NCBI GenBank assembly: GCA_022841525.1
Contig: JALHRI010000001.1
Coordinates: 65,195 to 129,194 of the forward strand
DNA: 64,000 nt
Direction of reading: 5' to 3'
Source of the DNA: Alphaproteobacteria bacterium
Lineage (GTDB): Bacteria; Pseudomonadota; Alphaproteobacteria; Rickettsiales; UBA3002
The translations under genes and the position numbers were made by a program. This document shows, one piece after another, positions 37,050 to 47,554 of this stretch (the first letter of the stretch is position 1; each line of letters opens with the position of its first letter). The notes beneath the pieces were generated by a model. It had not been told where the DNA came from. It was given only the letters and a program-made list of their open reading frames with translations, and made no database searches.

Positions 37050-38096
37050 TTACTTGATCAACCCAGCTTCTTTATAGTAGCGCGCAGCACCGGGGTGCAG
37101 CGGCGCGCTGAGGCCTGATTCCAGCATACGGTCCTTATCCAGTGTGGCAAAGACGAAGTGCAAAGTTTTGAAATCGTTGAAATGTTCAAACACCGACTTC
37201 ACCATTTCATACACCGCCGTCTCTGATTCTTCGGCGGTGGTTACCAACGTTGCCTTCACGCCAAAGGTGGGGATGTTGCTGTTATTGCCACGGTACATGC
37301 CGCCGGGAATGACGGTGCGTGAATAATAGGGGCTGTCTTTGAGCAGTTTATCCACTTCCTTGCCTTGCACCGCAATCAGCTTCGCGCCGCACTGAGCGGT
37401 GAGTTCCTGAATAATCCCGTTGGGGTGACCGGCGGCAAATACCATGGCATCGATTTTCTTCGTGCAGAAATCGCGCATCGCCTCACCCGGGCTGGTTTCT
37501 GAGACTGAGGCAAAGCTCGCATGGCTCCAGCCTTTGATTTTTAGCAGATCTTCCATAATTGCGCGCATGCCAGAGCCGGGGTTGCCGATATTGACACGCT
37601 TGCCTTTCAAATCATCGAAGGTGGCGATGCCGTTACCTTCGCGCACGGCGACGGTGAACATTTCCGCATGCAGCGAAAATACGCTGCGCAGTTCCTTAAA
37701 CGCGGGGCCACTGGCGAAGTCGCCCTTGCCGTGATAGGCGTTATACTGCCAGTCGGACTGTACAATGCCAAAGTCAATATCGTGATTGCGCAGGGCGTGC
37801 AGATTGTAAATCGAGCCGCCGGTAGATTCGACAAAGCAGCGAATGCCGTGCTCTTTACGCTTCACATTCATCAGCCGGCAAATCGCGCCGCCAGCAGGGT
37901 AATAGACGCCGGTAATCGCGCCGGTGCCAATGGTAATGATGTTTTCCGCCGCAGGCTTTACGCTAGCGGGTGCCGGTGCCACGTAGGGCTTGGCAGCAGG
38001 AGTCCCGGCGCTTTTCAGGCGCTGAAAGGGCTCAGCGGCCTCTGCGCTGGCGCACAGGCTTAGGGCAACGAAGCAGGCAGTGATAATGTGGCGCAT
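37050..38096 (-). CDS. TAXI-family TRAP transporter solute receptor
   Basis: Signal peptide plus the IGTGAITGVYYPAGGAIC motif typical of TAXI receptors. No TRAP membrane component is adjacent. Confidence 0.8.
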   Translation of the reverse strand: MRHIITACFVALSLCASAEAAEPFQRLKSAGTPAAKPYVAPAPASVKPAAENIITIGTGAITGVYYPAGGAICRLMNVKRKEHGIRCFVESTGGSIYNLHALRNHDIDFGIVQSDWQYNAYHGKGDFASGPAFKELRSVFSLHAEMFTVAVREGNGIATFDDLKGKRVNIGNPGSGMRAIMEDLLKIKGWSHASFASVSETSPGEAMRDFCTKKIDAMVFAAGHPNGIIQELTAQCGAKLIAVQGKEVDKLLKDSPYYSRTVIPGGMYRGNNSNIPTFGVKATLVTTAEESETAVYEMVKSVFEHFNDFKTLHFVFATLDKDRMLESGLSAPLHPGAARYYKEAGLIK

Positions 38097-38126
38097 GGTG
38101 ATCCTCGCACTTCGGCGTTGTATCGA

Positions 38127-38579
38127 TTAAAAAATCTTATTCACATATTCTGTCCAGTAGCGCTCGAGCTGGTGCATGGCGCTATTGGCTTCTTTCAGAA
38201 ACTGCAGATCAGGCGACTGTTTCGAGAGTTCTTCCACGTTGCGGTTGAAGAGTTCTTCCATCATCTGGCAGAGTTTTTTGCCTTTTTCCGACACGCTGAC
38301 CCTGGTCGAGCGCTTATCGTGCGGGGCTTTTTCCTGAACCAGATAGCCATTTTCCACCAGATTTTTCACGTTGTACGACACGTTGGTGCCTAGATAATAG
38401 CCGCGGTTCGTGAGCTCGCCGATGGTGAGTTTATCCTCGCCAATATTGTATAGAATCAGCGTTTGTACGTTATTGATATCTTCAATCCGCGTGCGGTCGA
38501 GGTGGCTTTTGACCACGTCTAAAAAGCGGCGGTGCAGACGTTCAATCAGCAAAATAGTTTCCAGATAGGTGGCTTTCAA
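38127..38579 (-). CDS. MarR-family (winged-helix) transcriptional regulator
   Basis: 150 aa; wHTH region (LTIGELTNRGYYLGTNVSYNVKNLVENGYL..DKRSTRV). Confidence 0.7.
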   Translation of the reverse strand: MKATYLETILLIERLHRRFLDVVKSHLDRTRIEDINNVQTLILYNIGEDKLTIGELTNRGYYLGTNVSYNVKNLVENGYLVQEKAPHDKRSTRVSVSEKGKKLCQMMEELFNRNVEELSKQSPDLQFLKEANSAMHQLERYWTEYVNKIF

Positions 38580-38631
38580 TCGTCTCTCCTACGAAGAATG
38601 AATCTAGGCTAACCTGCCATAGCTTGAGGGC

Positions 38632-39762
38632 TTAATCAAGCAGGCTAACATTCGAAATAAACTTAACTTTTACCTGTGTCCCTTTGCCCTTTTCGCTTTC
38701 AATGCGTAAATTGCCCGAATGCAGTTCGATGAGCTTTTTGGCCAGAGGCAGCCCCAGGCCTGCGCCTTCATAGCGGCGGTTCAGCCCCATATCGAGCTGA
38801 TTAAAGCGCCCCAGTGCGGTGGCGATTTCCTCAGGCGTCATGCCAATGCCACTATCGCTGACCATGATGGTTACATAGGAAATATCATCGTTTACCACTT
38901 CGATATCGTAGTCAATAATCACGCTGCTGCCCGGCAGGCTGAACTTAATGGCGTTGGATAGCAGGCAGAGCAATATCTGCAGCACGCGCACCCGATCAGC
39001 GACAATGCGTGGGGCGCTGGGTGCGCCGCGCACCTCGATGCTGACATTGCCGGTGAGCGACTTTTCGCGCAGCATGTTGATCGCTTTATCGATGATTTTA
39101 GGCAGTGCGAAGGATTCATATTGCACCGTCAGCTGGCCAGATTCGGCCTTGGCCAGATCTAAAATATCGTTGATGATTTCAAGCAGGCTTTGGCTGGAAT
39201 ATTGAATGTCTGCCACATATTCGCGGTATTTATCCTGCAGTGTGCCGAACTGCTCTTCTTTCATCATTGCCGAAAAGCCGATAATCGAATTGAGCGGCGT
39301 GCGCAGTTCATGGCTGATATTGGCCATAAACTGCGATTTGGCGAGATTCGCCGCATCGGCCTGAGCGCGGGCACGCTCTAGCTCCATGTTTTTTTGCTCG
39401 AGCTTGCTTTCGCGGTGCTCAATTTCATCGAGCATCTGATTGAGCACATCGTACAGCGCGCTGACTTCGAGCGGATAATCCAGCCGTTTGGGGCGGTGCA
39501 GGCGCAGCGAATAATCTTTGTAGATGGTAATATACTTGGCCTGCCCCGCCAGACTGGTCAGGGGGTCAAACACAAACTGGCGCAAGCGGTCGAGCAGCAG
39601 ATAAAGCAAAAACAACAGCCCGCATAAAACAATCAACCCCTGAAGCGTACTCACCGATGAGTCGGAAAGATGCGGCACCAGCGTGATGGCTGCCACTACA
39701 AACACCGCCACCAGAATGATATGGGTGAGGGGTTGATCCTGAAACGGTTGATGACGCGCCAT
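38632..39762 (-). CDS. Membrane sensor histidine kinase
   Basis: Two N-terminal TM helices, H-box SHELRTPLNSIIGF, N/G boxes (LSNAIKF, DSGIGM, GAGLGL). Confidence 0.88.
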   Translation of the reverse strand: MARHQPFQDQPLTHIILVAVFVVAAITLVPHLSDSSVSTLQGLIVLCGLLFLLYLLLDRLRQFVFDPLTSLAGQAKYITIYKDYSLRLHRPKRLDYPLEVSALYDVLNQMLDEIEHRESKLEQKNMELERARAQADAANLAKSQFMANISHELRTPLNSIIGFSAMMKEEQFGTLQDKYREYVADIQYSSQSLLEIINDILDLAKAESGQLTVQYESFALPKIIDKAINMLREKSLTGNVSIEVRGAPSAPRIVADRVRVLQILLCLLSNAIKFSLPGSSVIIDYDIEVVNDDISYVTIMVSDSGIGMTPEEIATALGRFNQLDMGLNRRYEGAGLGLPLAKKLIELHSGNLRIESEKGKGTQVKVKFISNVSLLD

Positions 39763-39876
39763 GGCCGCATCATAGAATCCGCGTGATAAAACTCTAGGTA
39801 GATTTGCAGTTACTCACAGTTTGCAACCAAATATAACATTTGCTCTTTTTCGCGCCATCGCTACACCCTGATGATT

Positions 39877-41689
<1,813 letters not shown>

Positions 41690-41703
<14 letters not shown>

Positions 41704-42145
41704 CGCCGACAAACGTTTGCTGCGCGGTAATCTGAATTTTTCTGCCTGATTTTAGCGTATATTCCCCGGCCTTTAGCACATTGAAATCCGCAGGCGGCAT
41801 CGTCGCTACCAGCACAGTTTCCGGCGCAAGCGCAGCGCGGAAAAACCCGATAGTTCCACCGGAATGAAGCGTATCCGTTTTGATCAGCGTTAAATAGCAG
41901 GATTTGTACACGCCGTAGCGTGACCCGCCGCTCGTGTAGACGCCACTTGTCAGCTGGCGGTAGCCCTTGCCACTTGCATAAGCATAGCTATCGCAGGCGA
42001 AATCAGCCGGAGGAGCAACAGGCAGTTCATCCGCCTTAAACACCACCACGTTGAGAGTAATCGTGCTAGGCAACAACGAAAATGCTACAGCGCTGGTTGC
42101 AGCCAGCAACACGCAGAGGGCGAGGAAATAATATTTTTGACGCAT
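41690..42145 (-). CDS. Hypothetical secreted protein
   Basis: 151-aa ORF with an N-terminal signal-peptide-like segment. Its 3' end overlaps the glmS 3' end by 14 bp. Confidence 0.45.
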
Positions 42146-42209
42146 GTGTTGTTACACCCAGACTATGACCTAGCCCAGTTTGTGAATAAAAATCAAGAAT
42201 CGGAGTATG

Positions 42210-43259
42210 CTAGCGCTGACGCTCAAGACAAAAATTCATCATCTCAAACAAGGCAGCGCGTGCGGGGCTATGGCCGTAGCGTGATAGTATTTTTTCAGCT
42301 TTATCAATGCTTTCCGCTGCCTTTTGGTGGGTGATGGCCAGCGCCTGCGTGCGAGCAAAAATCTCCAGGATGCGCGATAAGTCCTGCTGCGATGGATTGT
42401 GGCTTGCGGCAAAAAGCTGTTGCAGAAATGCACGTTCAGTGTCGCTTCCGTGTGCGTAGGCCTGAAGCAGCGGATAGGTGGCTTTGCCCTCGCGCAGATC
42501 ATCGCCGATGGTTTTGCCAAGCGTACCGGCATCGCCGCTATAATCCAGCGCATCATCAATCAACTGAAAAGCAGTGCCAAGTGCCATGCCAAAATCATGC
42601 ATCGCGCGGCGGTCATGTTCATCGCCGGCGATAATGGCGCTCAGCTCGCAGCACGCGGCAAATAGCGCCGCTGTTTTCGCGCGAATCACCTCGAAATAAT
42701 CGTCCTCAGAAACATCCAGCGAACCTTTGAGGGTGAGTTGCTTGACCTCGCCTGCGGCAATGGTTGCCGACGTATCCGCCAGCAAGCGTAGCACTTCAAG
42801 CGAGCCATCATCCACCATCATTTGAAAGGCGCGGCTGAGCAGAAAATCGCCGACCAGCACGCTGGCTTCGTTCCCCCAAACGGCGTTGGCCGTAGCCTCG
42901 CCGCGCCTGAGATCGGAAGCATCCACCACATCATCGTGTAGCAAGGTGGCGGTATGGATAAATTCCACACACGCTGCCAGTGCGATGTGGCGCGTACCGT
43001 CATAGCCAAGTAATTTTGCCGTAGCGAGGGTGAGGCTGGGGCGCAGCCGTTTACCGCCAGCAGCCATGAGGTGGGTGGCAAGTTCGCCAATCAGCGGCAC
43101 GTTGCTGCTGAGGTAATGCTGCATGGTATGATTTACACGGCCTAAATCTTCGCGCACGAGGGCGTGCAGCGCATCAAGGCTTGCGGGCGGGCGTGTCGCG
43201 GTATCCATCGCGTGAGAGAGCATAGCAGGGCTGATACATGGTTTGAGCAGTTGGTGCAA
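42210..43259 (-). CDS. ispB: Polyprenyl (octaprenyl) diphosphate synthase
   Basis: Two Asp-rich motifs, LLHDDVVD and LIDDALDY. Start could be a downstream Met (43223 or 43208). Confidence 0.88.
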   Translation of the reverse strand: MHQLLKPCISPAMLSHAMDTATRPPASLDALHALVREDLGRVNHTMQHYLSSNVPLIGELATHLMAAGGKRLRPSLTLATAKLLGYDGTRHIALAACVEFIHTATLLHDDVVDASDLRRGEATANAVWGNEASVLVGDFLLSRAFQMMVDDGSLEVLRLLADTSATIAAGEVKQLTLKGSLDVSEDDYFEVIRAKTAALFAACCELSAIIAGDEHDRRAMHDFGMALGTAFQLIDDALDYSGDAGTLGKTIGDDLREGKATYPLLQAYAHGSDTERAFLQQLFAASHNPSQQDLSRILEIFARTQALAITHQKAAESIDKAEKILSRYGHSPARAALFEMMNFCLERQR

Positions 43260-43270
43260 CTAAACTTGCT

Positions 43271-45679
43271 TTAAGCAAGCAGAGTATAATCGCCCGCTGC
43301 GGGGCTGAGGGCTTCAGGGTGGGCGAGTTTTTGCATATTCACAAAAAACTCGCGGCCGGTTTGAAAATGAATGCTGCCGCGTAGCCTGGTCGCACCAAGT
43401 GCAGACTGAAATAATCTTTGAATGTCGCTCGTGATATCCTCTGCAAGCTCGCGCTCGCTGCGAATGACCAAGTCAAACTGCTTCGGCTTCTCGCCGCCTT
43501 GCACAAAACCATCGAGCTGTAGATCGCTCAAATGGCTCAGCGATACTTCCATGATAAAGCGCTGATTATGGGTGGTTTCGCCGCTGTTGGCGCCTGATTT
43601 TTCCTCATCACTGCGCACATACAGCCTTAGATGATGGAGCTGCTCGCCCATCAGCAGCGGAATCGCGTAAAATGCCCAGGGCGACTGCGGTGATATTTGC
43701 GCAAACTGGCTGAGCGACTGGGTATCGGCATTTAAGCGCTGCAAGAGTTCAGGCTGAACGCGCTCAATTTTTTGCAGCATTTTAGGGGGTAGAATTTCGC
43801 GCAGCGATCCGCGCCCAAGCGCGTTCATCCACAGCATCATTTCATGCGTCAGGCGTGGGCCAATTTGCGGCATCAGGCTGGTGAGCATCCCGCCCGCAGG
43901 CGCGGGGTTCATCGCCGCACTCATTTCAGGAGAAAGGGTTTCAGCAAGCGCACTCAGGGTTTCCCAGTGTGTGAAGAACTGCGAAAATTCCACCAGCCGT
44001 GAAGGAAGTACGGCACCACCGGCAGACGCTTCTGGCAGTACGCTGCGAATGTGAAGCTGCAACTTTGCCCCCAGCGGCAAGGGGTTGGCGGTAAATAATT
44101 TCAAACTAGTATCTGCGTTTTTTACAATCGTCGCGCCGTCTTGCTCATGGCCGATCACTTCCATCACCAGGCTTTGTGCCCCGCTATTTACTGAAGTAGT
44201 CGGTGGTAGGGGCGCACTGGTTACAGGCTGGTTCAGCAGTGCGTTTGCCGGCAGATGACTGCGGTAGCCCTGCATGGCGGGTTGCATCGTGGGTTGCTGC
44301 CGCGCAGGCGCGTTCGTGCCCAGTAACTGCGCAGTAAACGCGCTGTCTTTCACGCCGGAAGTATTGCTCATGTTCGCTGGCGGTGAAGCATTTGGCACTG
44401 GTTTTTGCGCCGCTTGCGCGAGCCATAACGCATCTGTTTGCGTAGGCTGCGCGCGCGGCGTGCTCGCAGAGGGCGCAGCCGCAGGCGCTGGGTTTGCGCC
44501 AGCAGTCACAGGGCGATGGAGAGGGGATGATGCTTGCGGCGGCGCATCCGTTTCTACCGACTCACCGCTGGGTTTTACAATCTGCGTATTGACTGTTTGC
44601 GGCTGAACAGATTCCCGCGCCGGCTGAGAGGCGCTCTGGGTAAGTGGCGTGGGCAACGTATCTGTCACCTCTGCGGTCTGCTGAGTTACAGTGTTGCTGC
44701 TGATTACAGGCTGAGTACTGATTTGCGGGGTGATGATCGCTTGTCCGGAAGTTTGCGCAGCAGGTTGCACAGAAGTCTGCACAGAAGTCTGAGTCGTTAG
44801 CATCTGTGGGTTCGTTGCAGGGCTACTTACCTTGGCTTGCAGCGCTTGTGATGTTGGCATTTGCGCGTTTTGCGCGTTGACGGGTGCAGGGGCGGCAGGC
44901 TTAGATGCTATCTGCGCAGCGCCATCTTCTGCCACAGCCGTTAGGCTTGCAGCGGATGTTCGTTGCGGCGCTGCTGGGGCTTCTTCTTCCCCTGTTATGG
45001 CGGCAGCAGGCGGCATCACGGCCTCGTCGATCACTGGCATGGCCGGCGCCGGTGATGTTGGCAGCGTGCTGCTGAGCAACGTTACCTGCACCAGGTTGCC
45101 AGGCTTTAGCGCAGGCTGAGCTGTAAAAAAAAGTGTTTCATCGGGCGGTGCATTGGCAGGGATATTGGCACTGGCCTGCCTTGAGGAGGAGGGTGCCGAA
45201 GTATTTTTCTGCTCCGGCATTTGCGCGCTGCGCAGCACAATGGCCGCCAATGTCATGGCGGATGCGTGCGTAGATCCCAGCTGCGCGGATGCGCTGAGCG
45301 TTTGTGTTCCAAGGACGGAAGAGGGTAAAATCGCATCCGTACGTTTTGGCGCGCTTTGCGTTTGCTTGGCATAGATTTCCGGGCTTTGCCCGTCGATGAG
45401 CACGATGCGTGCACGTGAGGCTAGCTGCGCATCCACACGGATTTGCACCTGCGCACCGGTGCGCAAGAATACCTCGCTTTTAAGCAAAATATCGCCCTGC
45501 GATGTGCGTAAAATCGGGTTTTGCTGCGCATCGCGGTTGATGACGAAGCCTTCGAGCACATCGCCGTGCTTGGCTTGCAGTAAGATCGGATTTTGCGACG
45601 TTGCATCGGGCACAATCGCCGTGGTGGTGAGCGGCTGAATGATCACCACCGGATTAATGGGGGGTGGCGGCGCAGTCAT
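43271..45679 (-). CDS. Large P/Q/T/A-rich protein, candidate hook-length control protein (FliK-like)
   Basis: 802 aa. Long low-complexity centre. C-terminal block (FIMEVSLSHLSDLQLDGFV..FDLVIRSERELAEDITSDIQRLFQSALGATRLRGSIHF) resembles the Flg_hook domain pattern. Last gene of the flhA-flhF-flhG string. Confidence 0.4.
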   Translation of the reverse strand: MTAPPPPINPVVIIQPLTTTAIVPDATSQNPILLQAKHGDVLEGFVINRDAQQNPILRTSQGDILLKSEVFLRTGAQVQIRVDAQLASRARIVLIDGQSPEIYAKQTQSAPKRTDAILPSSVLGTQTLSASAQLGSTHASAMTLAAIVLRSAQMPEQKNTSAPSSSRQASANIPANAPPDETLFFTAQPALKPGNLVQVTLLSSTLPTSPAPAMPVIDEAVMPPAAAITGEEEAPAAPQRTSAASLTAVAEDGAAQIASKPAAPAPVNAQNAQMPTSQALQAKVSSPATNPQMLTTQTSVQTSVQPAAQTSGQAIITPQISTQPVISSNTVTQQTAEVTDTLPTPLTQSASQPARESVQPQTVNTQIVKPSGESVETDAPPQASSPLHRPVTAGANPAPAAAPSASTPRAQPTQTDALWLAQAAQKPVPNASPPANMSNTSGVKDSAFTAQLLGTNAPARQQPTMQPAMQGYRSHLPANALLNQPVTSAPLPPTTSVNSGAQSLVMEVIGHEQDGATIVKNADTSLKLFTANPLPLGAKLQLHIRSVLPEASAGGAVLPSRLVEFSQFFTHWETLSALAETLSPEMSAAMNPAPAGGMLTSLMPQIGPRLTHEMMLWMNALGRGSLREILPPKMLQKIERVQPELLQRLNADTQSLSQFAQISPQSPWAFYAIPLLMGEQLHHLRLYVRSDEEKSGANSGETTHNQRFIMEVSLSHLSDLQLDGFVQGGEKPKQFDLVIRSERELAEDITSDIQRLFQSALGATRLRGSIHFQTGREFFVNMQKLAHPEALSPAAGDYTLLA

Positions 45680-45694
45680 GAGAGGGTGCGCATC

Positions 45695-46456
45695 TTAGCG
45701 CCCCGTGAGAAGTTTAACGGAAATCACGGCCACATCCGATGCGGCGGTGGTATGCGGCGCTTTTTCAATCAGCGAGCTTTGCGCGCGAATGGCATCTTTT
45801 ACCTTATTATCTTTACGCACGATGCCCAAAAGCTCCGGCGTGGTTTTGAGAAAATTCTCGCACGCACGCGAAATCGTGATGAAGGTTTTTTCGCCCTCGC
45901 GCTGTGATGCGGCCTGATTGACCACCACGCCAATGCTAGGTGGATTTGGCTTGGAGAGGCAGAGTTTGATGAACGCATACGCATCAGTCAGCGAGGTGGG
46001 CTCATCCGTCACAATCACCACCACGCGTGATGCCAGCGATGACATAAACTGCACGTGCTGCTCGATACCAGCGCCCAGATCGATGATAATCATGTCGTAT
46101 TCCGTAGCGAGTGCTACAAGCTGCGCGGCCACGGGCTGCATGCGCTCAGGGCCTAAACTCGCCAGTGACGTTGAACCAGAGCGTCCGGCAAGTACGTCAA
46201 ATCCGCCTTGCGGGTAGGGGGTGATCGCGTCTTTCAAACTGCATTTTCCTGCGAATACATTGCCGAGATCATTCTTTGGCGTTAGCCCTAATTGCACATC
46301 GACATTTGCAAGGCCGATATCGCCGTCAAACAGTGCAATGCGCCTGCCGGTGCGCGCCATTAAGTGCGCAAGTGTGATGGAAAACCAGGTTTTGCCGACG
46401 CCACCTTTGCCGGAGGCAACGGCGATGATATTTTTTGCGCGAAGCGGTGTGGTCAT
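45695..46456 (-). CDS. flhG: MinD/ParA-family flagellar number regulator FlhG (FleN)
   Basis: Deviant Walker A SGKGGVGKT. Position directly after flhF. Confidence 0.85.
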   Translation of the reverse strand: MTTPLRAKNIIAVASGKGGVGKTWFSITLAHLMARTGRRIALFDGDIGLANVDVQLGLTPKNDLGNVFAGKCSLKDAITPYPQGGFDVLAGRSGSTSLASLGPERMQPVAAQLVALATEYDMIIIDLGAGIEQHVQFMSSLASRVVVIVTDEPTSLTDAYAFIKLCLSKPNPPSIGVVVNQAASQREGEKTFITISRACENFLKTTPELLGIVRKDNKVKDAIRAQSSLIEKAPHTTAASDVAVISVKLLTGR

Positions 46457-46465
46457 GAAAACTCC

Positions 46466-47542
46466 TTACGCCATGCGTTCTTTGATGTGTGCGCAGATCA
46501 GCTGCGCCAGTAAAGCGTGACTCGCCGGTTTTGCGATTTCAGAAACTTTGCTGTTATCGCTGATGGCGGCCAGCGCGTAGCCTTCCCCCAGCAATGAAAA
46601 TATACTTGAGAAATGACGCGCACTATCCGCACGGGTGAGAGCAAAGCGCTCAATGTTCAAAAAGGAAAACACGCTGGCAAGCTCAAGCGCTTCATCCGTA
46701 TCCATACCTGCGGCGATGGTCAGAATGGGCTCAACATCGGCAAGGCTGGCAAACTCGCCCAGCGTCTTCATTTGCTGGAAGTGATACATGTTCACGCCCG
46801 GACTATCGATAAGGAGCAGGGCTTTGCCCAGTTGCGATTTGATGAGGTTACGTAGCTGGGTACGATTTTCCACTATCATCAACTCGCAGCCGAGCAGTTT
46901 TTGCACCGGCTCAAGCATCGCCGTACCGGCAAGGCGCTCGTTATCGGTGGTAAACAACATCACCGGCAGTCCGGCGAGGTGTGCTTGCGTTGCGTACTTC
47001 GCCACCAGCGAGGTTTTCCCCACCCCGTGCGGCCCTACAAACATCAGCGCGCGCGTTTGCAGATTGCCCTGCAGATCCAGCGGCCTCAGCGCGACATGCG
47101 ATGCGAGCAGCTGCGCCATAATACTCTCGCAGCTATCGTACGAGAGCTGATCGGGAAGCTCAATTTTATCGAGCAGCGCGGTGAGGTGAATAAATAAATT
47201 CTCCGGCATGCGGTGATATTTCATGATCGACAGCAGCAGATCATAAGCCGGATAGGATGAGCGCGGCACTTGCAGATGCGTTTTCTTCGCAGGCTGCGCA
47301 GGCGTCGTTGCCGCTTTGGCTGCACTTGGCGATGCTACCTGATTATCGTTACTGGCTGCGGCTTCGTGGGCGCTGTCGAACTGTTCTTCGTAGGCTTCTT
47401 CTTCAATCGCAAACGTCACAACAATCGATTTGCTGCCAGCTTGTTTTTGCGAGGTCAGCAGCACCGCATCTTCGCCCAGCGTCTCGCGGGCGATCAGCAT
47501 CGCTTCTTTCATGTCTTTGGCAATAATCTGTTTCATGCGCAT
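46466..47542 (-). CDS. flhF: Flagellar biosynthesis SRP-type GTPase FlhF
   Basis: GPHGVGKTS (G1), DSPG (G3), TDNERLAG. Position after flhA. Confidence 0.88.
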   Translation of the reverse strand: MRMKQIIAKDMKEAMLIARETLGEDAVLLTSQKQAGSKSIVVTFAIEEEAYEEQFDSAHEAAASNDNQVASPSAAKAATTPAQPAKKTHLQVPRSSYPAYDLLLSIMKYHRMPENLFIHLTALLDKIELPDQLSYDSCESIMAQLLASHVALRPLDLQGNLQTRALMFVGPHGVGKTSLVAKYATQAHLAGLPVMLFTTDNERLAGTAMLEPVQKLLGCELMIVENRTQLRNLIKSQLGKALLLIDSPGVNMYHFQQMKTLGEFASLADVEPILTIAAGMDTDEALELASVFSFLNIERFALTRADSARHFSSIFSLLGEGYALAAISDNSKVSEIAKPASHALLAQLICAHIKERMA

Positions 47543-47554
47543 GGGTGACCTACC

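Noticed and set aside
37047-37052. The convergent motE-like and TAXI genes abut stop to stop (TAA/TTA) with no spacer or terminator
   Set aside because: Convergent genes without an intervening hairpin are unusual but not informative on their own. No structure or repeat is present to analyse.
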